The notes under the pieces are model-generated. The model saw only the letters and a program-made list of their open reading frames with translations, did no database searches and was not told where the DNA came from. From the NCBI GenBank assembly GCA_031285625.1, contig JAITVV010000036.1, positions 22,079-86,078 of the forward strand: a stretch of DNA of 64,000 bases, given 5' to 3'. The DNA is from Prevotella sp. GTDB lineage: Bacteria; Bacteroidota; Bacteroidia; Bacteroidales; Dysgonomonadaceae. Below, piece after piece: positions 18,092-28,741 of this stretch; position 1 is the stretch's first letter, and each line of letters begins with the position of its first letter. The position numbers were made by a program, and so were the translations under genes.

Positions 18092-19621
18092 ATGGATATA
18101 TTATTTTATGTAATAGCCTTTCTTGTCGGGGCGGTCTTGACTTGGGTGGCTTTGAATTTTATGGCAAATTCAAAGTTCAAACGCCAGGTGAAGGAAGCAG
18201 AACTAGAGGCTGAAGTAATCAAGAAAAATAAGTTGCTTGAAGTAAAAGAACAGGCTTTGCAAATGAAGTCTGAATTTGAAAAACAAGCCAATAGCCGCAA
18301 TTCGAAGCTTCAGGCTGCTGAGAGTAAGATCAAACAGCGTGAATTGACTTTGAATCAAAAACAGGAAGAGCTTCAACGCAAGAAAAACGAAGCCGATACG
18401 ATTAAAGCTAATCTGGAAACTCAACTTGAGGTAGTAGAAAAGAAAAAGCAAGATTTGGATAAGTTGCACAAGCAAGAGGTGGAAAGACTTGAAGCCTTAT
18501 CGGGCTTGTCGGCTGATGAAGTTAAAGAAAAATTAGTAGAAGCCTTGAAGGATGAGGCGCAAACACATGCTCAGTCATATATCAATGATATAATGGAAGA
18601 GGCTAAAATGACTGCTAATAAAGAAGCTAAGAAGATCGTTATACAATCTATACAGCGTGTGGCAACAGAAACAGCTATCGAAAATGCAATTACTGTATTC
18701 CATATAGAGTCGGATGAAATAAAAGGACGTATTATTGGTCGTGAAGGCCGTAATATACGTGCTTTGGAGGCTGCTACAGGTATAGAAATTGTAGTTGATG
18801 ATACCCCTGAGGCAATTGTTCTTTCAGGTTTTGATCCTGTAAGACGTGAAATCGCCCGTTTAGCACTGCATCAATTAGTTGCTGATGGACGTATCCATCC
18901 TGCACGTATTGAAGAAGTGGTATCTAAAGTGAAAAAGCAAATAGAAGAAGAGATAATAGAAACAGGAAAGCGTACCACTATCGACCTGGGTATACATGGT
19001 TTGCATCCTGAGCTGATCCGTCTGGTAGGTAAGATGAAATACCGTTCCTCTTATGGGCAAAACTTGCTGCAACATGCGCGTGAAACTGCTAACCTATGTG
19101 CTATAATGGCTGCAGAGTTAGGGTTGAATGTAAAGAAGGCAAAGAGAGCAGGTCTGCTGCATGATATTGGTAAAGTACCTGATGACGAACCGGAATTACC
19201 ACATGCTTTGTTGGGTATGAAATTGGCAGAGAAATACAAAGAAAAACCTGATGTATGTAATGCTATTGGTGCCCACCATGACGAAGTAGAGATGACTAGT
19301 CTTTTAGCTCCTATAGTTCAGGTTTGTGACGCTATTTCAGGAGCCCGTCCGGGTGCCCGTCGCGAGATTGTAGAAGCATATATTAAGCGTTTGAATGACC
19401 TGGAACAATTGGCTCTGTCATATCCTGGTGTATTGAAAACATATGCAATACAAGCAGGTCGTGAGCTGAGGGTTATTGTAGGTGCAGACAAAATTGACGA
19501 TATAGAAACAGAAAAGCTATCGGCAGATATCGCTAAGAAGATTCAGGATGAAATGACATATCCTGGTCAGGTGAAGATTACAGTTATCCGTGAAACACGT
19601 GCTGTAAGTTACGCTAAGTAA
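18092..19621 (+). CDS. rny: Ribonuclease Y
   Basis: N-terminal TM, coiled coil, KH domain ([13 protein letters not shown]), HD domain (LLHDIGK). Confidence 0.97.
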   Translation: MDILFYVIAFLVGAVLTWVALNFMANSKFKRQVKEAELEAEVIKKNKLLEVKEQALQMKSEFEKQANSRNSKLQAAESKIKQRELTLNQKQEELQRKKNEADTIKANLETQLEVVEKKKQDLDKLHKQEVERLEALSGLSADEVKEKLVEALKDEAQTHAQSYINDIMEEAKMTANKEAKKIVIQSIQRVATETAIENAITVFHIESDEIKGRIIGREGRNIRALEAATGIEIVVDDTPEAIVLSGFDPVRREIARLALHQLVADGRIHPARIEEVVSKVKKQIEEEIIETGKRTTIDLGIHGLHPELIRLVGKMKYRSSYGQNLLQHARETANLCAIMAAELGLNVKKAKRAGLLHDIGKVPDDEPELPHALLGMKLAEKYKEKPDVCNAIGAHHDEVEMTSLLAPIVQVCDAISGARPGARREIVEAYIKRLNDLEQLALSYPGVLKTYAIQAGRELRVIVGADKIDDIETEKLSADIAKKIQDEMTYPGQVKITVIRETRAVSYAK

Positions 19622-19646
19622 GAAAAAAACTGACATATTATTATAA

Positions 19647-19675
19647 ATAAAGGGGGCTTTCGCAGCTCCCTTTAT
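19647..19675 (+). terminator. Terminator-like hairpin after rny
   Basis: ATAAAGGGGGCT / AGCTCCCTTTAT stem. Confidence 0.7.
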
Positions 19676-19749
19676 CATTTGTATGAAGTGGTGTGACTCT
19701 GATTACTCATTATTAACAGAGCTTTCAGAGTTTTCGTTAATTATGTTTT

Positions 19750-19758
19750 TGTGGATAA
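19750..19758 (-). promoter_or_regulatory. Perfect DnaA box (TTATCCACA on the minus strand)
   Basis: TGTGGATAA on the + strand; related boxes at 19710-18 and 19824-32. Confidence 0.4.
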
Positions 19759-19875
19759 TAATATCCTTTTTGATCTTCCTTTTTATAATTAGTCGCAGCT
19801 TTATCAGAAAAGTCACAGGCATTTGTGAAAAATAAATTAAATATGTCATTGTAAAACAAATAGCTTTCTTATAGT

Positions 19876-19907
19876 TTTGAGGATAAAAGTTATTTTAGTT
19901 ACTTTTG
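19876..19907 (+). promoter_or_regulatory. Primary-sigma promoter of D-lactate dehydrogenase
   Basis: TTTG (19876-79) and TACTTTTG (19900-07) separated by 20 nt. Confidence 0.6.
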
Positions 19908-19946
19908 CAATCAGGTAAATAAGAGTTAAAGCTAAAAATTACGGTT

Positions 19947-20954
19947 ATGTCATATAAAATAGCGGTTTTCGATACAAAGCCATATGATCGGGCTACTTTC
20001 GACAAAGTGAATGAAAAATATGGTTATGAGTTGACATATCATAAAGAACATCTGGATATCAATAATGTTTTATTAGCAAGCGGTTCTGATGCAGTATGCA
20101 TTTTTGTAAATGCAGTCGTAGATACAGCTGTTGTTGATAAACTTGCATCATACGGGGTGAAATTGATAGCGCTTCGTTGCGCCGGATTTAACAATGTAGA
20201 TGTAAGAGCTGCTTCGCAGAAGGGTATAAGGGTTGTTCGTGTTCCGGATTACTCACCCCATGCTATTGCAGAACATACTTTAGCTTTAATGCTTTGTCTC
20301 AATCGTAAAGTACATCGTGCATTTCTGCGTACCCGTGACGGAAACTTCTCTTTGGTTGGATTCGAAGGCTTTGATATGTATGGTAAAACTATCGGAGTAA
20401 TAGGAACCGGTAAAATCGGAAAAGTTGCTATCGGGTTGTTTAAAGGATTAGGTATGAATGTACTTGCCTATGATCTGTATCCCGATACAGCATATGCTGA
20501 GGCTATTGGTATGAAGTATGTTACCTTGGATGAGTTATATGCTAACTCTGATATAATTACATTACATTGCCCTTTAACAAAGGAGACAGAATATATTATC
20601 AGTGATAAGTCGATCAGTAAAATGAAAGATGGGGTGATGATAGTAAATACCGGTCGTGGTAAACTTATTCACACCAGGCATTTGATAGATGGCTTACTTA
20701 GCCGGAAGGTTGGATATGCAGGATTGGATGTATACGAAGAAGAGGGTGCCTACTTTTATGAAGATCACTCAGATGCTGTTATGACAGACGATGTTTTGGC
20801 TCGTTTGTTATCTTTCAACAATGTAATTGTAACATCTCATCAGGCTTTCTTTACACAAGAGGCAATGGGAAATATAGCTCACACAACTATGGATAATATC
20901 CTGGACTTCTTTGAAGGTCGTGAACTAAAAAATGAAGTCGTGTATAAGGCTTAA
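19947..20954 (+). CDS. ldhA: Fermentative D-lactate dehydrogenase (D-2-hydroxyacid dehydrogenase family)
   Basis: ALRCAGFNNVD, VPDYSPHAIAEH, GTGKIG, NTGRG, LDVYEEE, TSHQAF. Confidence 0.9.
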   Translation: MSYKIAVFDTKPYDRATFDKVNEKYGYELTYHKEHLDINNVLLASGSDAVCIFVNAVVDTAVVDKLASYGVKLIALRCAGFNNVDVRAASQKGIRVVRVPDYSPHAIAEHTLALMLCLNRKVHRAFLRTRDGNFSLVGFEGFDMYGKTIGVIGTGKIGKVAIGLFKGLGMNVLAYDLYPDTAYAEAIGMKYVTLDELYANSDIITLHCPLTKETEYIISDKSISKMKDGVMIVNTGRGKLIHTRHLIDGLLSRKVGYAGLDVYEEEGAYFYEDHSDAVMTDDVLARLLSFNNVIVTSHQAFFTQEAMGNIAHTTMDNILDFFEGRELKNEVVYKA

Positions 20955-20977
20955 CTTTATACATTATTAAACTCAGA

Positions 20978-22114
20978 ATGAAAAGAGTCTTTAGTATTAT
21001 TTTACTCTTGCTTTTTATTGTTAGCAACGCCAATGCAGCAGATTCCAAATTTGTTGTGGTGATTGATGCCGGACATGGTGGTAAAGATGCCGGGGCTGTA
21101 AGAGGTTCTTACAAAGAGAAAAATATTAATCTGGGGGTTGCTTTAGCTTTAGGACAATATATTGAGAATAATCATAAGGATGTAAAAGTTGTATATACAC
21201 GCAAAACAGATGTATTTGTAGACTTGGATAAGAGGGCGGATATAGCCAATAAGGCAAAAGCTAATCTCTTTATATCTATCCATACTAATTCAACGGCGGC
21301 AAGAAACACATCCGTGTCTGGTGCTGATACCTATATTCTCGGTTTGGCCCGAAGTGAGGAGAATCTCGAAGTGGCAAAACGGGAGAACTCTGTTATTTTA
21401 CTTGAGGATAATTATCGCACAAAATATGAAGGATTTGATCCTAATTCTCCCGAGTCATATATCATTTTTGAGTTTATGACGAATAAGTTTATGGAGCAGA
21501 GTTTGCAATTTGCATCATTTGTACAGGCAGATTTCAAAAGTGTAGCTAAACGTGCTGATAGAGGGGTTCGTCAGGCAGGTTTCTTAGTTTTAAGAAAAAC
21601 CAGTGCTCCAAGTGTCCTAATTGAACTGGGTTTTATAAACAACCAGTCGGAGGCTAGTTTCCTTGTCACAGAAAGAGGGCAGCAAACGATGGCGTCAGCT
21701 ATATATTCCGGATTTAAAAAATTTAAACGGGATTTTGACAAAAAACAAGGTAAGCTTATCGTAGAGTCTAACGATAAAGATGATCTGCTGGTAATGGGAT
21801 CTAAAGAAATTGCAAGTACAGACTCTTCTACAAAAGTGAGTGTGGCGGAAGTGAAAGATAATATATCAACAAAACAGAATGGCCAAATAGAATACAGGAT
21901 TCAGTTTTATACGTCAACGAAGAAATTACCTGATAACTCTTCTGTTTTTAAAGGTTTATCTCCTGTTTCATTCTATCAAGATGCCAATGGATATAAGTAT
22001 ACATACGGTTCAACTAATAGTCTGAATCAAATTGTCAAAATATTGAAAGAAGTCAGACCTAAATTTAAAGACGCTTTTGTTGTTAAATTTAAAGACGGAG
22101 AACGTATAAATTAA
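20978..22114 (+). CDS. N-acetylmuramoyl-L-alanine amidase (Amidase_3)
   Basis: Signal peptide; VVIDAGHGGKD, FISIHTN, PSVLIELGFI. Confidence 0.92.
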   Translation: MKRVFSIILLLLFIVSNANAADSKFVVVIDAGHGGKDAGAVRGSYKEKNINLGVALALGQYIENNHKDVKVVYTRKTDVFVDLDKRADIANKAKANLFISIHTNSTAARNTSVSGADTYILGLARSEENLEVAKRENSVILLEDNYRTKYEGFDPNSPESYIIFEFMTNKFMEQSLQFASFVQADFKSVAKRADRGVRQAGFLVLRKTSAPSVLIELGFINNQSEASFLVTERGQQTMASAIYSGFKKFKRDFDKKQGKLIVESNDKDDLLVMGSKEIASTDSSTKVSVAEVKDNISTKQNGQIEYRIQFYTSTKKLPDNSSVFKGLSPVSFYQDANGYKYTYGSTNSLNQIVKILKEVRPKFKDAFVVKFKDGERIN

Positions 22115-22152
22115 TACACAGATAAAGATAAAAATTATACAATAGAACTATT

Positions 22153-23040
22153 ATGAATAAAATATCGAAAGAAGTAAAGATCGGTTTAGCCTTTGTTATT
22201 GCAATTTTTATATTGTATTATGGAATCAGCTTCCTTAAAGGAATTAATATATTTAAGCCATCAAACTCGTTTATGGTCGTTTTTGACGATGTTGCCGGTT
22301 TGACACAAGCTACCCCTGTTACATTAAATGGTTTTCAGGTAGGTTTAGTATCTTCTATGGAATTAGATGCAAAACATAATAACAGGGTGATCACTTACCT
22401 GGATATGGATAAAGGTATAAAGATACCGAAAGGGAGTAAAATGATTTTGGATGTATCTGTTTTAGGATCGGCTACAATAATGATGGAAACAAATCCATAT
22501 ACTCAGGAGTATGTATCCAATACTGATACAATTGTAGGAATTCGGAATAAAGGAATGATAGACGCTGCTGGCAATATGTTGCCACAGGTTCAGAATCTTT
22601 TACCGAAGATCGACTCTATTCTTTCCGGTATTAATTTATTGGTCAATAGTCCGGCTTTGACGCAATCATTAGCTGATGTGAATCAGATAACAAATGATTT
22701 GGCAAAAACGACTAAACAGCTGAACTCTATGATGGCAACACTGAATAAAGATGTTCCTACCATCACAGGTAACCTTAGTCAGGTTTCTACAGACTTGACA
22801 GGTGTCTCTAAACAATTTAATCAAATAGATCTGGCGGCTACTTATAAATCTGTAGATGCTACTATGAAGAATATCGAAAGTCTTTCGGTGAAGATGAACT
22901 CCAAAGAGAGTTCTCTTGGTTTGTTATTAAATGACCGTCAGCTTTATGATAGCCTGAATGCCACAATCGGCAATGCATCGTTGTTACTCAAGGATGTTAA
23001 AGAAAATCCATCCCGTTATATTAATGTGAAGGTATTTTAA
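22153..23040 (+). CDS. MCE/MlaD-family protein
   Basis: N-terminal TM; MCE domain (VAGL...V.LNGFQVG.V); helical region ending SSLGLLLNDRQLY...LLKDVKENPSRY. Confidence 0.85.
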   Translation: MNKISKEVKIGLAFVIAIFILYYGISFLKGINIFKPSNSFMVVFDDVAGLTQATPVTLNGFQVGLVSSMELDAKHNNRVITYLDMDKGIKIPKGSKMILDVSVLGSATIMMETNPYTQEYVSNTDTIVGIRNKGMIDAAGNMLPQVQNLLPKIDSILSGINLLVNSPALTQSLADVNQITNDLAKTTKQLNSMMATLNKDVPTITGNLSQVSTDLTGVSKQFNQIDLAATYKSVDATMKNIESLSVKMNSKESSLGLLLNDRQLYDSLNATIGNASLLLKDVKENPSRYINVKVF

Positions 23041-23046
23041 GGGCGT

Positions 23047-23067
23047 TATTTAGAATAATTCTAAATA
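23047..23067. promoter_or_regulatory. Perfect 10-1-10 palindrome (Fur/PerR-like operator candidate)
   Basis: TATTTAGAAT-A-ATTCTAAATA. Confidence 0.4.
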
Positions 23068-23363
23068 GGTTAAATCGTTCATTTTTTATAAAGTTGTAGC
23101 ACTAATCCTCTTGGGGGTATATTTCGAATTTGTTAAAATGTTGTTACATTTTAGAATCGGCTTATAAGTGTTTGATTCTGTTTGTCTTGCATGTTAATTA
23201 ATGACTGATGATGAAAAAAATACCTAACTGGTTGACTTTAAATCAGATATTTCTTTAATTGGAAATGCAAATTTGCACCGACTTTTTTTTATTGAAATTA
23301 ATTCGGAAATTTACATTCAGAAGCTATTAAGAAATATTCAAAAACATATTTTAGTATAAGTAA

Positions 23364-24764
23364 ATGGAACAAACATCCACTCGGAAATTATGGACTAATT
23401 GTTTGCGCGTTTTTCAGGACAACGTTACTGAGGCCGCTTTTAAGACCTGGTTTCTGCCTATTGTACCTCTATCTTATGAGAATAAGGTGTTTACAATACA
23501 AGTTCCAAGTCAGTTCTTTTATGAGTATTTAGAAGATAAGTTTGTAGATTTGCTTAAAGCCACATTATACAGGGAGATTGGTAACGATACTATATTACAA
23601 TATCGTGTGCTGATGGAAAACACAACTAATACTGTTGTTGATTATCGTGGCGATGTTAAATCTACATCCGATAAAGTCTTAAGTAAAAACGCGAATAAGA
23701 TACCTAATCCATTTCAAAAAATTGTTGCCGATGATTTTGATTCGCAACTGAATAATAAGTATACATTCGATAATTTTTTTGAAGGTGACAGTAACAAGCT
23801 TGCCCGTACGGCCGGCGAGGCTATAACAAAGAATCCGGGTAAGACTGCATTCAATCCTCTGTTTGTTCATGGTACATCAGGTGTTGGTAAAACGCACTTA
23901 TGCCATGCCGTGGGGAACAGAATAAAGGAATTGTTTCCTGAAAAGCGTGTCTTATATGTATCTGCCCATCTGTTCAAGGTACAATATGCTGAAGCAGGGC
24001 GCTACAATACAACAAATGATTTTATTAATTTTTATCAGGGAATTGATGTCTTGATTATAGATGATATCCATGAACTGGCTGGAATAGAAAAAACTCAAAA
24101 TACTTTATTTCATATATTCAATCACTTACATCAGAATAATAAGCAATTAATTCTGACTTGTGATAAGTCTCCATCAGAATTGCAAGGAGTAGAAGAAAGA
24201 TTATTAACCCGTTTCAGATGGGGATTAACAACTAAAGTTGATAATCCTGATAAAGGCTTAAGGCTTAAGATCCTTCAAAATAAGATTTTGCATGATGGAT
24301 TGTCTATCCCCGAAGATGTAGTGGATTACATTGCCGAGAATGTAACAGATAACGCCCGTGATCTTGAAGGTATCATTGTTTCTATAATGGCACACTCGCT
24401 TGTTTATAACAAAGAGATAGATTTGCCTTTGGCCAGACGTGTTATAGGACAGGCTATAAAGAAAATAGAAGCTAAGAAAATTACAATAAATGCTATTGAA
24501 TCTGTAGTTTGTGATTTTTATAATATTAAATGTGAATTGATACATACTGCTTCAAGAAAGCGACAGATTGTACAAGCCAGGCAGGTTACAATGTACTTGT
24601 CAAAGAATTATACAGAAATGTCTCTCGCACAGATTGGGTCACTAATAGGAAAGAAAAATCATGCAACTGTTCTTCATGCCTGTCGCACCGTAAAGGAGCA
24701 GATGGAAGTTGATAAAGTTTTCAGAGAAGAGATAGCTGAAATAGAAAAGAAATTAAAAGGTTGA
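23364..24764 (+). CDS. dnaA: Chromosomal replication initiator DnaA
   Basis: FNPLFVHGTSGVGKTHL (Walker A), LIIDDIH, RLLTRF, domain IV ARQVTMYL...NHATVLHA. Confidence 0.98.
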   Translation: MEQTSTRKLWTNCLRVFQDNVTEAAFKTWFLPIVPLSYENKVFTIQVPSQFFYEYLEDKFVDLLKATLYREIGNDTILQYRVLMENTTNTVVDYRGDVKSTSDKVLSKNANKIPNPFQKIVADDFDSQLNNKYTFDNFFEGDSNKLARTAGEAITKNPGKTAFNPLFVHGTSGVGKTHLCHAVGNRIKELFPEKRVLYVSAHLFKVQYAEAGRYNTTNDFINFYQGIDVLIIDDIHELAGIEKTQNTLFHIFNHLHQNNKQLILTCDKSPSELQGVEERLLTRFRWGLTTKVDNPDKGLRLKILQNKILHDGLSIPEDVVDYIAENVTDNARDLEGIIVSIMAHSLVYNKEIDLPLARRVIGQAIKKIEAKKITINAIESVVCDFYNIKCELIHTASRKRQIVQARQVTMYLSKNYTEMSLAQIGSLIGKKNHATVLHACRTVKEQMEVDKVFREEIAEIEKKLKG

Positions 24765-24784
24765 AATTATTTTCAACCTTTTTT
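24755..24784. terminator. Bidirectional terminator between dnaA and the DUF3857 genes
   Basis: AAAAGGTTGAAA / TTTCAACCTTTT stem overlapping the dnaA stop. Confidence 0.75.
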
Positions 24785-24785
24785 A

Positions 24786-26648
24786 TTAGAGCTTCTTTAA
24801 TACTAATTTTCGTTTTACCGCTGAATTTATTTCAGTAAAAAAAGTCTTGATTTCTTTATACTGGTTCTTATTATATCTCCCAGAAGAGATATCTATATTT
24901 TGTGTATAAACAACCTTATTCCCATCTACGACAGATTTTGTTGTCAATGTTCCAAATGGTGTTTGTATAGAAAGATCTTTGGGTAATGACTCGGTTGTAT
25001 AGGATTCCGGTATAGTAAAAGTTATTATATCTGTTTCAGAATACCCATCACCTATTTCTATATCCTGTGTTCTAGATGTAGATGTGAATATATTATAGTT
25101 TCCCTTCTTTAAAGGGCATATAGGAGCAAATATGCGTGTACCTGTCTTGTTTGTAAAATCACTGGCTTCAAAATTTGCCGTTAATGTACAAGAAGGAAGT
25201 GCTGACCTATTTTCAGAAACCTGGATTTGTGATATCTGTATTTTAGGCATACTGATATTTGTATTTATATACTCCAATTCTTTTTCCCTGTCTTTAGAGG
25301 TCATTCTATATACATTATCTCCATATTGATGAAGATGTTCTGTCAAAACCATTTTTCCCTTCGTGCCTCCATCTTCTGATATATTGATCTCAAGTATGGA
25401 TTCCTTCTTATTTTGCAAATCTTGATATTCAGGGAGGCGGCACATTTTACCTCCTTCATCTGATATGATGAGAGCATTATGGCCAGCTATATTATCATGA
25501 ATATAGCCAAATGGTAATGTCTGGCTGGTGCATTCGAGCCATATGCTGTCATTTTGGATAGGAACGAGCAATATAACATGGTTAGCCTGATTGAAGTTTG
25601 GAAAGTCTGGCAGAAGATTAGGCTCATCCATACTTATAACACAATAATTGGATGGGATGCCTATTGCTTTTAGCATGGCTTTCATTAAGTTGGTCAGCCC
25701 TTTGCAGTCTCCAAAATTGTTCTTGACTACAGTTGTTGCATCAATAGGCTGGTAACCTCCAATACCTAACTGGATACTTACATATCTATAATTGTTTTGA
25801 AGGTATTTATATAATATTGCGGTTTTCTCTTTATCACTTTTTGCTTCCTTGGTTAGTTCTTCCAACTTGTTTGTGAAATCGATAGGTAGATTATCCTTTC
25901 CTTCCAATAGATTGTATACCCAGTCTCCGTAACTTTTCCAGTCAGCCATATTGCCACAGTGTGAATCATAGCAGAAGTCTGAAGGAGCAATCAATACTCG
26001 TGGACATATTTCTCTGAAAACCGGAGCCAGGGGTTCTCTGTCTATAGCCTTAAGCTTTTCAGTGCTGAATGTATATATATGTTTATTACCAGCTATTTCG
26101 TCTCTGATGCTGCATTCAAAATTGGAGTCATAACGTAACTTCATTTCTGTTGGTAATTCAATTACGTATTTAGCCTTTTCCACCGAGATCATAGAGCCGG
26201 GCATAGGGGCAAAAGCCGGATAGGATAATATTCCGTTTTTCCATTTCTCCTGATAATTATATTCTACTGTGTAAGGATAGTTTGGTTGCTTACATTCATA
26301 ATAAATGGAGTAGTCGTCTGTGCTCTGATGCTCGGATAGTGAGGAGATAGTGAGGTCTTTCTTTCCTATTTTCTTTATCACCGCTCCTGATGCATTTTTA
26401 ATTACTCCTGAAAAATTTTTCAGCTCTCTGAACTTGTCCCCATATGTAGAAAAGTGAGCATAATATTCACCTTGCTTATTTAATATCGTGATAACCTTAG
26501 TGACATTGAATGTACCGTTATTCAGATCTGTTTGTGTAAATACCGCTGAATAGTCTTGTACGATTGCACATGTCTTGTCCGGTCCTTGTTGAGCATAGAG
26601 TGTTGAAATTATAAAAAGAAGTACTCCCAGTAATAAATATTTGTTCAT
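24786..26648 (-). CDS. Secreted DUF3857 / transglutaminase-like protein with catalytic triad
   Basis: RYVSIQLGIGG, GDCKG (Cys), NHVIL (His), WLECT. Confidence 0.85.
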   Translation of the reverse strand: MNKYLLLGVLLFIISTLYAQQGPDKTCAIVQDYSAVFTQTDLNNGTFNVTKVITILNKQGEYYAHFSTYGDKFRELKNFSGVIKNASGAVIKKIGKKDLTISSLSEHQSTDDYSIYYECKQPNYPYTVEYNYQEKWKNGILSYPAFAPMPGSMISVEKAKYVIELPTEMKLRYDSNFECSIRDEIAGNKHIYTFSTEKLKAIDREPLAPVFREICPRVLIAPSDFCYDSHCGNMADWKSYGDWVYNLLEGKDNLPIDFTNKLEELTKEAKSDKEKTAILYKYLQNNYRYVSIQLGIGGYQPIDATTVVKNNFGDCKGLTNLMKAMLKAIGIPSNYCVISMDEPNLLPDFPNFNQANHVILLVPIQNDSIWLECTSQTLPFGYIHDNIAGHNALIISDEGGKMCRLPEYQDLQNKKESILEINISEDGGTKGKMVLTEHLHQYGDNVYRMTSKDREKELEYINTNISMPKIQISQIQVSENRSALPSCTLTANFEASDFTNKTGTRIFAPICPLKKGNYNIFTSTSRTQDIEIGDGYSETDIITFTIPESYTTESLPKDLSIQTPFGTLTTKSVVDGNKVVYTQNIDISSGRYNKNQYKEIKTFFTEINSAVKRKLVLKKL

Positions 26649-26654
26649 ATCCTT

Positions 26655-28637
26655 TTATTTATCATCTACCTTTTTTAATACCACTTGTTCGGAATTTTTA
26701 GCTATTACCTTTGCAAAGAAGTTTTTCAGATGTTCATATTCATCCGGAAGGAATGTCAATTTCTTCAATTGATATTGGTAGAATAATTTTATTAAATTCT
26801 CGGTTTGTCCAATACGGTATGTAAGCGTTATGTCACCATCGTTTAAAACCATTTTGGCAGGTTGGGGCATCTCATCCACAACATATCCTGAAGGTATATT
26901 TATATCTACTACTTGCAAATAGTTTAACAAATAATCGAATTGAACAGGGAAAACCCTGTTTTCTTCTTTAAAAGGATTTTCTGTAAAGAGCTTATCTACC
27001 ATTGGATTGATATATAAAAAATCGTCTCCTAAACTAGCATCTGTAGTTTGTGTAAATTCTATTTTTGCTGGAGCTGCAGATTCATCAAAGCCAGATGCAT
27101 TAAAACTGTCGATTTCACAGTTTAATCTTTTAGCTAAAGATTCTATGTAATCTTCTTTACTTTTATGATTATAGTAATAGTTCTTTATATTATATGCCGA
27201 AGAGCCTTTTCTTATATCACTAACTTTTCCTCTGTATTTTGAATCAACAAATGAAAATTGTGCAGTTTTAAGTATGGTTCCATTTGTGGCTAATGACAGG
27301 TTTACCCATCTGCAGCCGTTTTGCTTTATGATACGTGCTTGAGGGACCATGCACTTTTCGGGTAAAAGATTCCAGTCTCCATATTTTGCCGATGCGTCGG
27401 TAAAATACATCAGAGTATCTATTCTCAGGCCTGTGATTACATAGTTGAATGCTGTAACGCTGGGGTGTGATATAGGCAATCTTCCATTGTCTCTTGTACT
27501 AAGGATAACCGGAAATGCGTCAAAACCACCAGCCTGAAGTGCATTGAGAAGCAGGAAGTTCATATCGGCAGTATTTCCAATTCCATTTTTGAGGATATCT
27601 TTGAGGTTTCCCGGACTGGCAGCTCTTTTGTCGTTCCATTTTACTTTTTGCTTAACGATATCTTGTATTTCTTTGGCTCTTTCTAGGGTGGTTTCCCCTT
27701 TTGCAATTACGTCTTTAAATAGATCTGCTTTTTTCATATTTCCTCCAAAAGAGCTGGATAATATATCATTATCTATATTTTCCCACGAATTGGACATGTT
27801 CTTGGTGAGGCTATATGGCATCTGTACAGATTTCAATTCGAAAGAGACTTTCGTGATATAATCATTCACTGTCCATAAGTATGCTTCCTTTTTTAGAGCA
27901 GGTATATCTTTTCCTTCACTCTTTATCATTTCTGCTGTACATCGTACTGTTCCTGTTTGCAAACGTCCGTCATCATCCTTGTACCGTATATGAAATGTTT
28001 CATTTGATGGCTCTCTTTCCGATTTTAAAGAGGCATAACCCTGATAGTTGATATTATATTTAAAATACTCAGGCAGCTTTGCTTCGAAGTATGTATATGC
28101 TACAGGAATGGATTCCTGAAAACTAAAGTCTCTCAGGTCATAATAGAAATCAGAAACCAGAGTGTATTTATATTCAACAACAGAACCTACTTTTGCAGCA
28201 GGCATCGTAAATTTCTTTACTTTTATTTTGTTGTCTATATCTTCGTCTGTAATAAATTCTTTCGAGAGTTTTGCTTTTACAATATTTCCGTTCTCAAGAT
28301 TGTATGTTGTTCCCGAAAGGCCATTTATTTGTTCTTTCATAGAACGGCTCGATTCAGTATATACTATTTGTTGGTTACACCAATCTAATCCTTCCGTTTT
28401 TAGAATCTTTATTTTAACTTGTAATGAATATTCGAATTGAAATCCATAGAGGTCATTATATACAAAGCGTATGTCTCCTTTCTTTAATAATATTACAGCA
28501 GAGGCTGTCGTGTCTTGTGGATAAACTGTCATATTCAGTTCATCAGCAGTTGCATTGCCATATTTAGATTGTGCATAACTTGTTCCGGATACTATGCATA
28601 AACATAGCATAAGGGCTACCGTGATATATTTTTTCAT
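26655..28637 (-). CDS. Secreted DUF3857 / transglutaminase-like protein lacking the catalytic Cys
   Basis: DTTASAVIL, VKIKILKTEG, FTMPAAKVGSVVEYKY, STRDNG; GNTAD replaces GDC. Confidence 0.8.
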   Translation of the reverse strand: MKKYITVALMLCLCIVSGTSYAQSKYGNATADELNMTVYPQDTTASAVILLKKGDIRFVYNDLYGFQFEYSLQVKIKILKTEGLDWCNQQIVYTESSRSMKEQINGLSGTTYNLENGNIVKAKLSKEFITDEDIDNKIKVKKFTMPAAKVGSVVEYKYTLVSDFYYDLRDFSFQESIPVAYTYFEAKLPEYFKYNINYQGYASLKSEREPSNETFHIRYKDDDGRLQTGTVRCTAEMIKSEGKDIPALKKEAYLWTVNDYITKVSFELKSVQMPYSLTKNMSNSWENIDNDILSSSFGGNMKKADLFKDVIAKGETTLERAKEIQDIVKQKVKWNDKRAASPGNLKDILKNGIGNTADMNFLLLNALQAGGFDAFPVILSTRDNGRLPISHPSVTAFNYVITGLRIDTLMYFTDASAKYGDWNLLPEKCMVPQARIIKQNGCRWVNLSLATNGTILKTAQFSFVDSKYRGKVSDIRKGSSAYNIKNYYYNHKSKEDYIESLAKRLNCEIDSFNASGFDESAAPAKIEFTQTTDASLGDDFLYINPMVDKLFTENPFKEENRVFPVQFDYLLNYLQVVDINIPSGYVVDEMPQPAKMVLNDGDITLTYRIGQTENLIKLFYQYQLKKLTFLPDEYEHLKNFFAKVIAKNSEQVVLKKVDDK

Positions 28638-28741
28638 ACAGAATTAGATAGATTGTAAATTTATGTAAATGTATGAAAAATAATATTAATAAATATGGGT
28701 AAAGATATGTCTTAGAACATTTATTTCTTTTATGAATAAGG

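Noticed and set aside
23041-23363. oriC directly upstream of dnaA
   Set aside because: No consensus DnaA boxes seen, only weak TGTTAA-type matches
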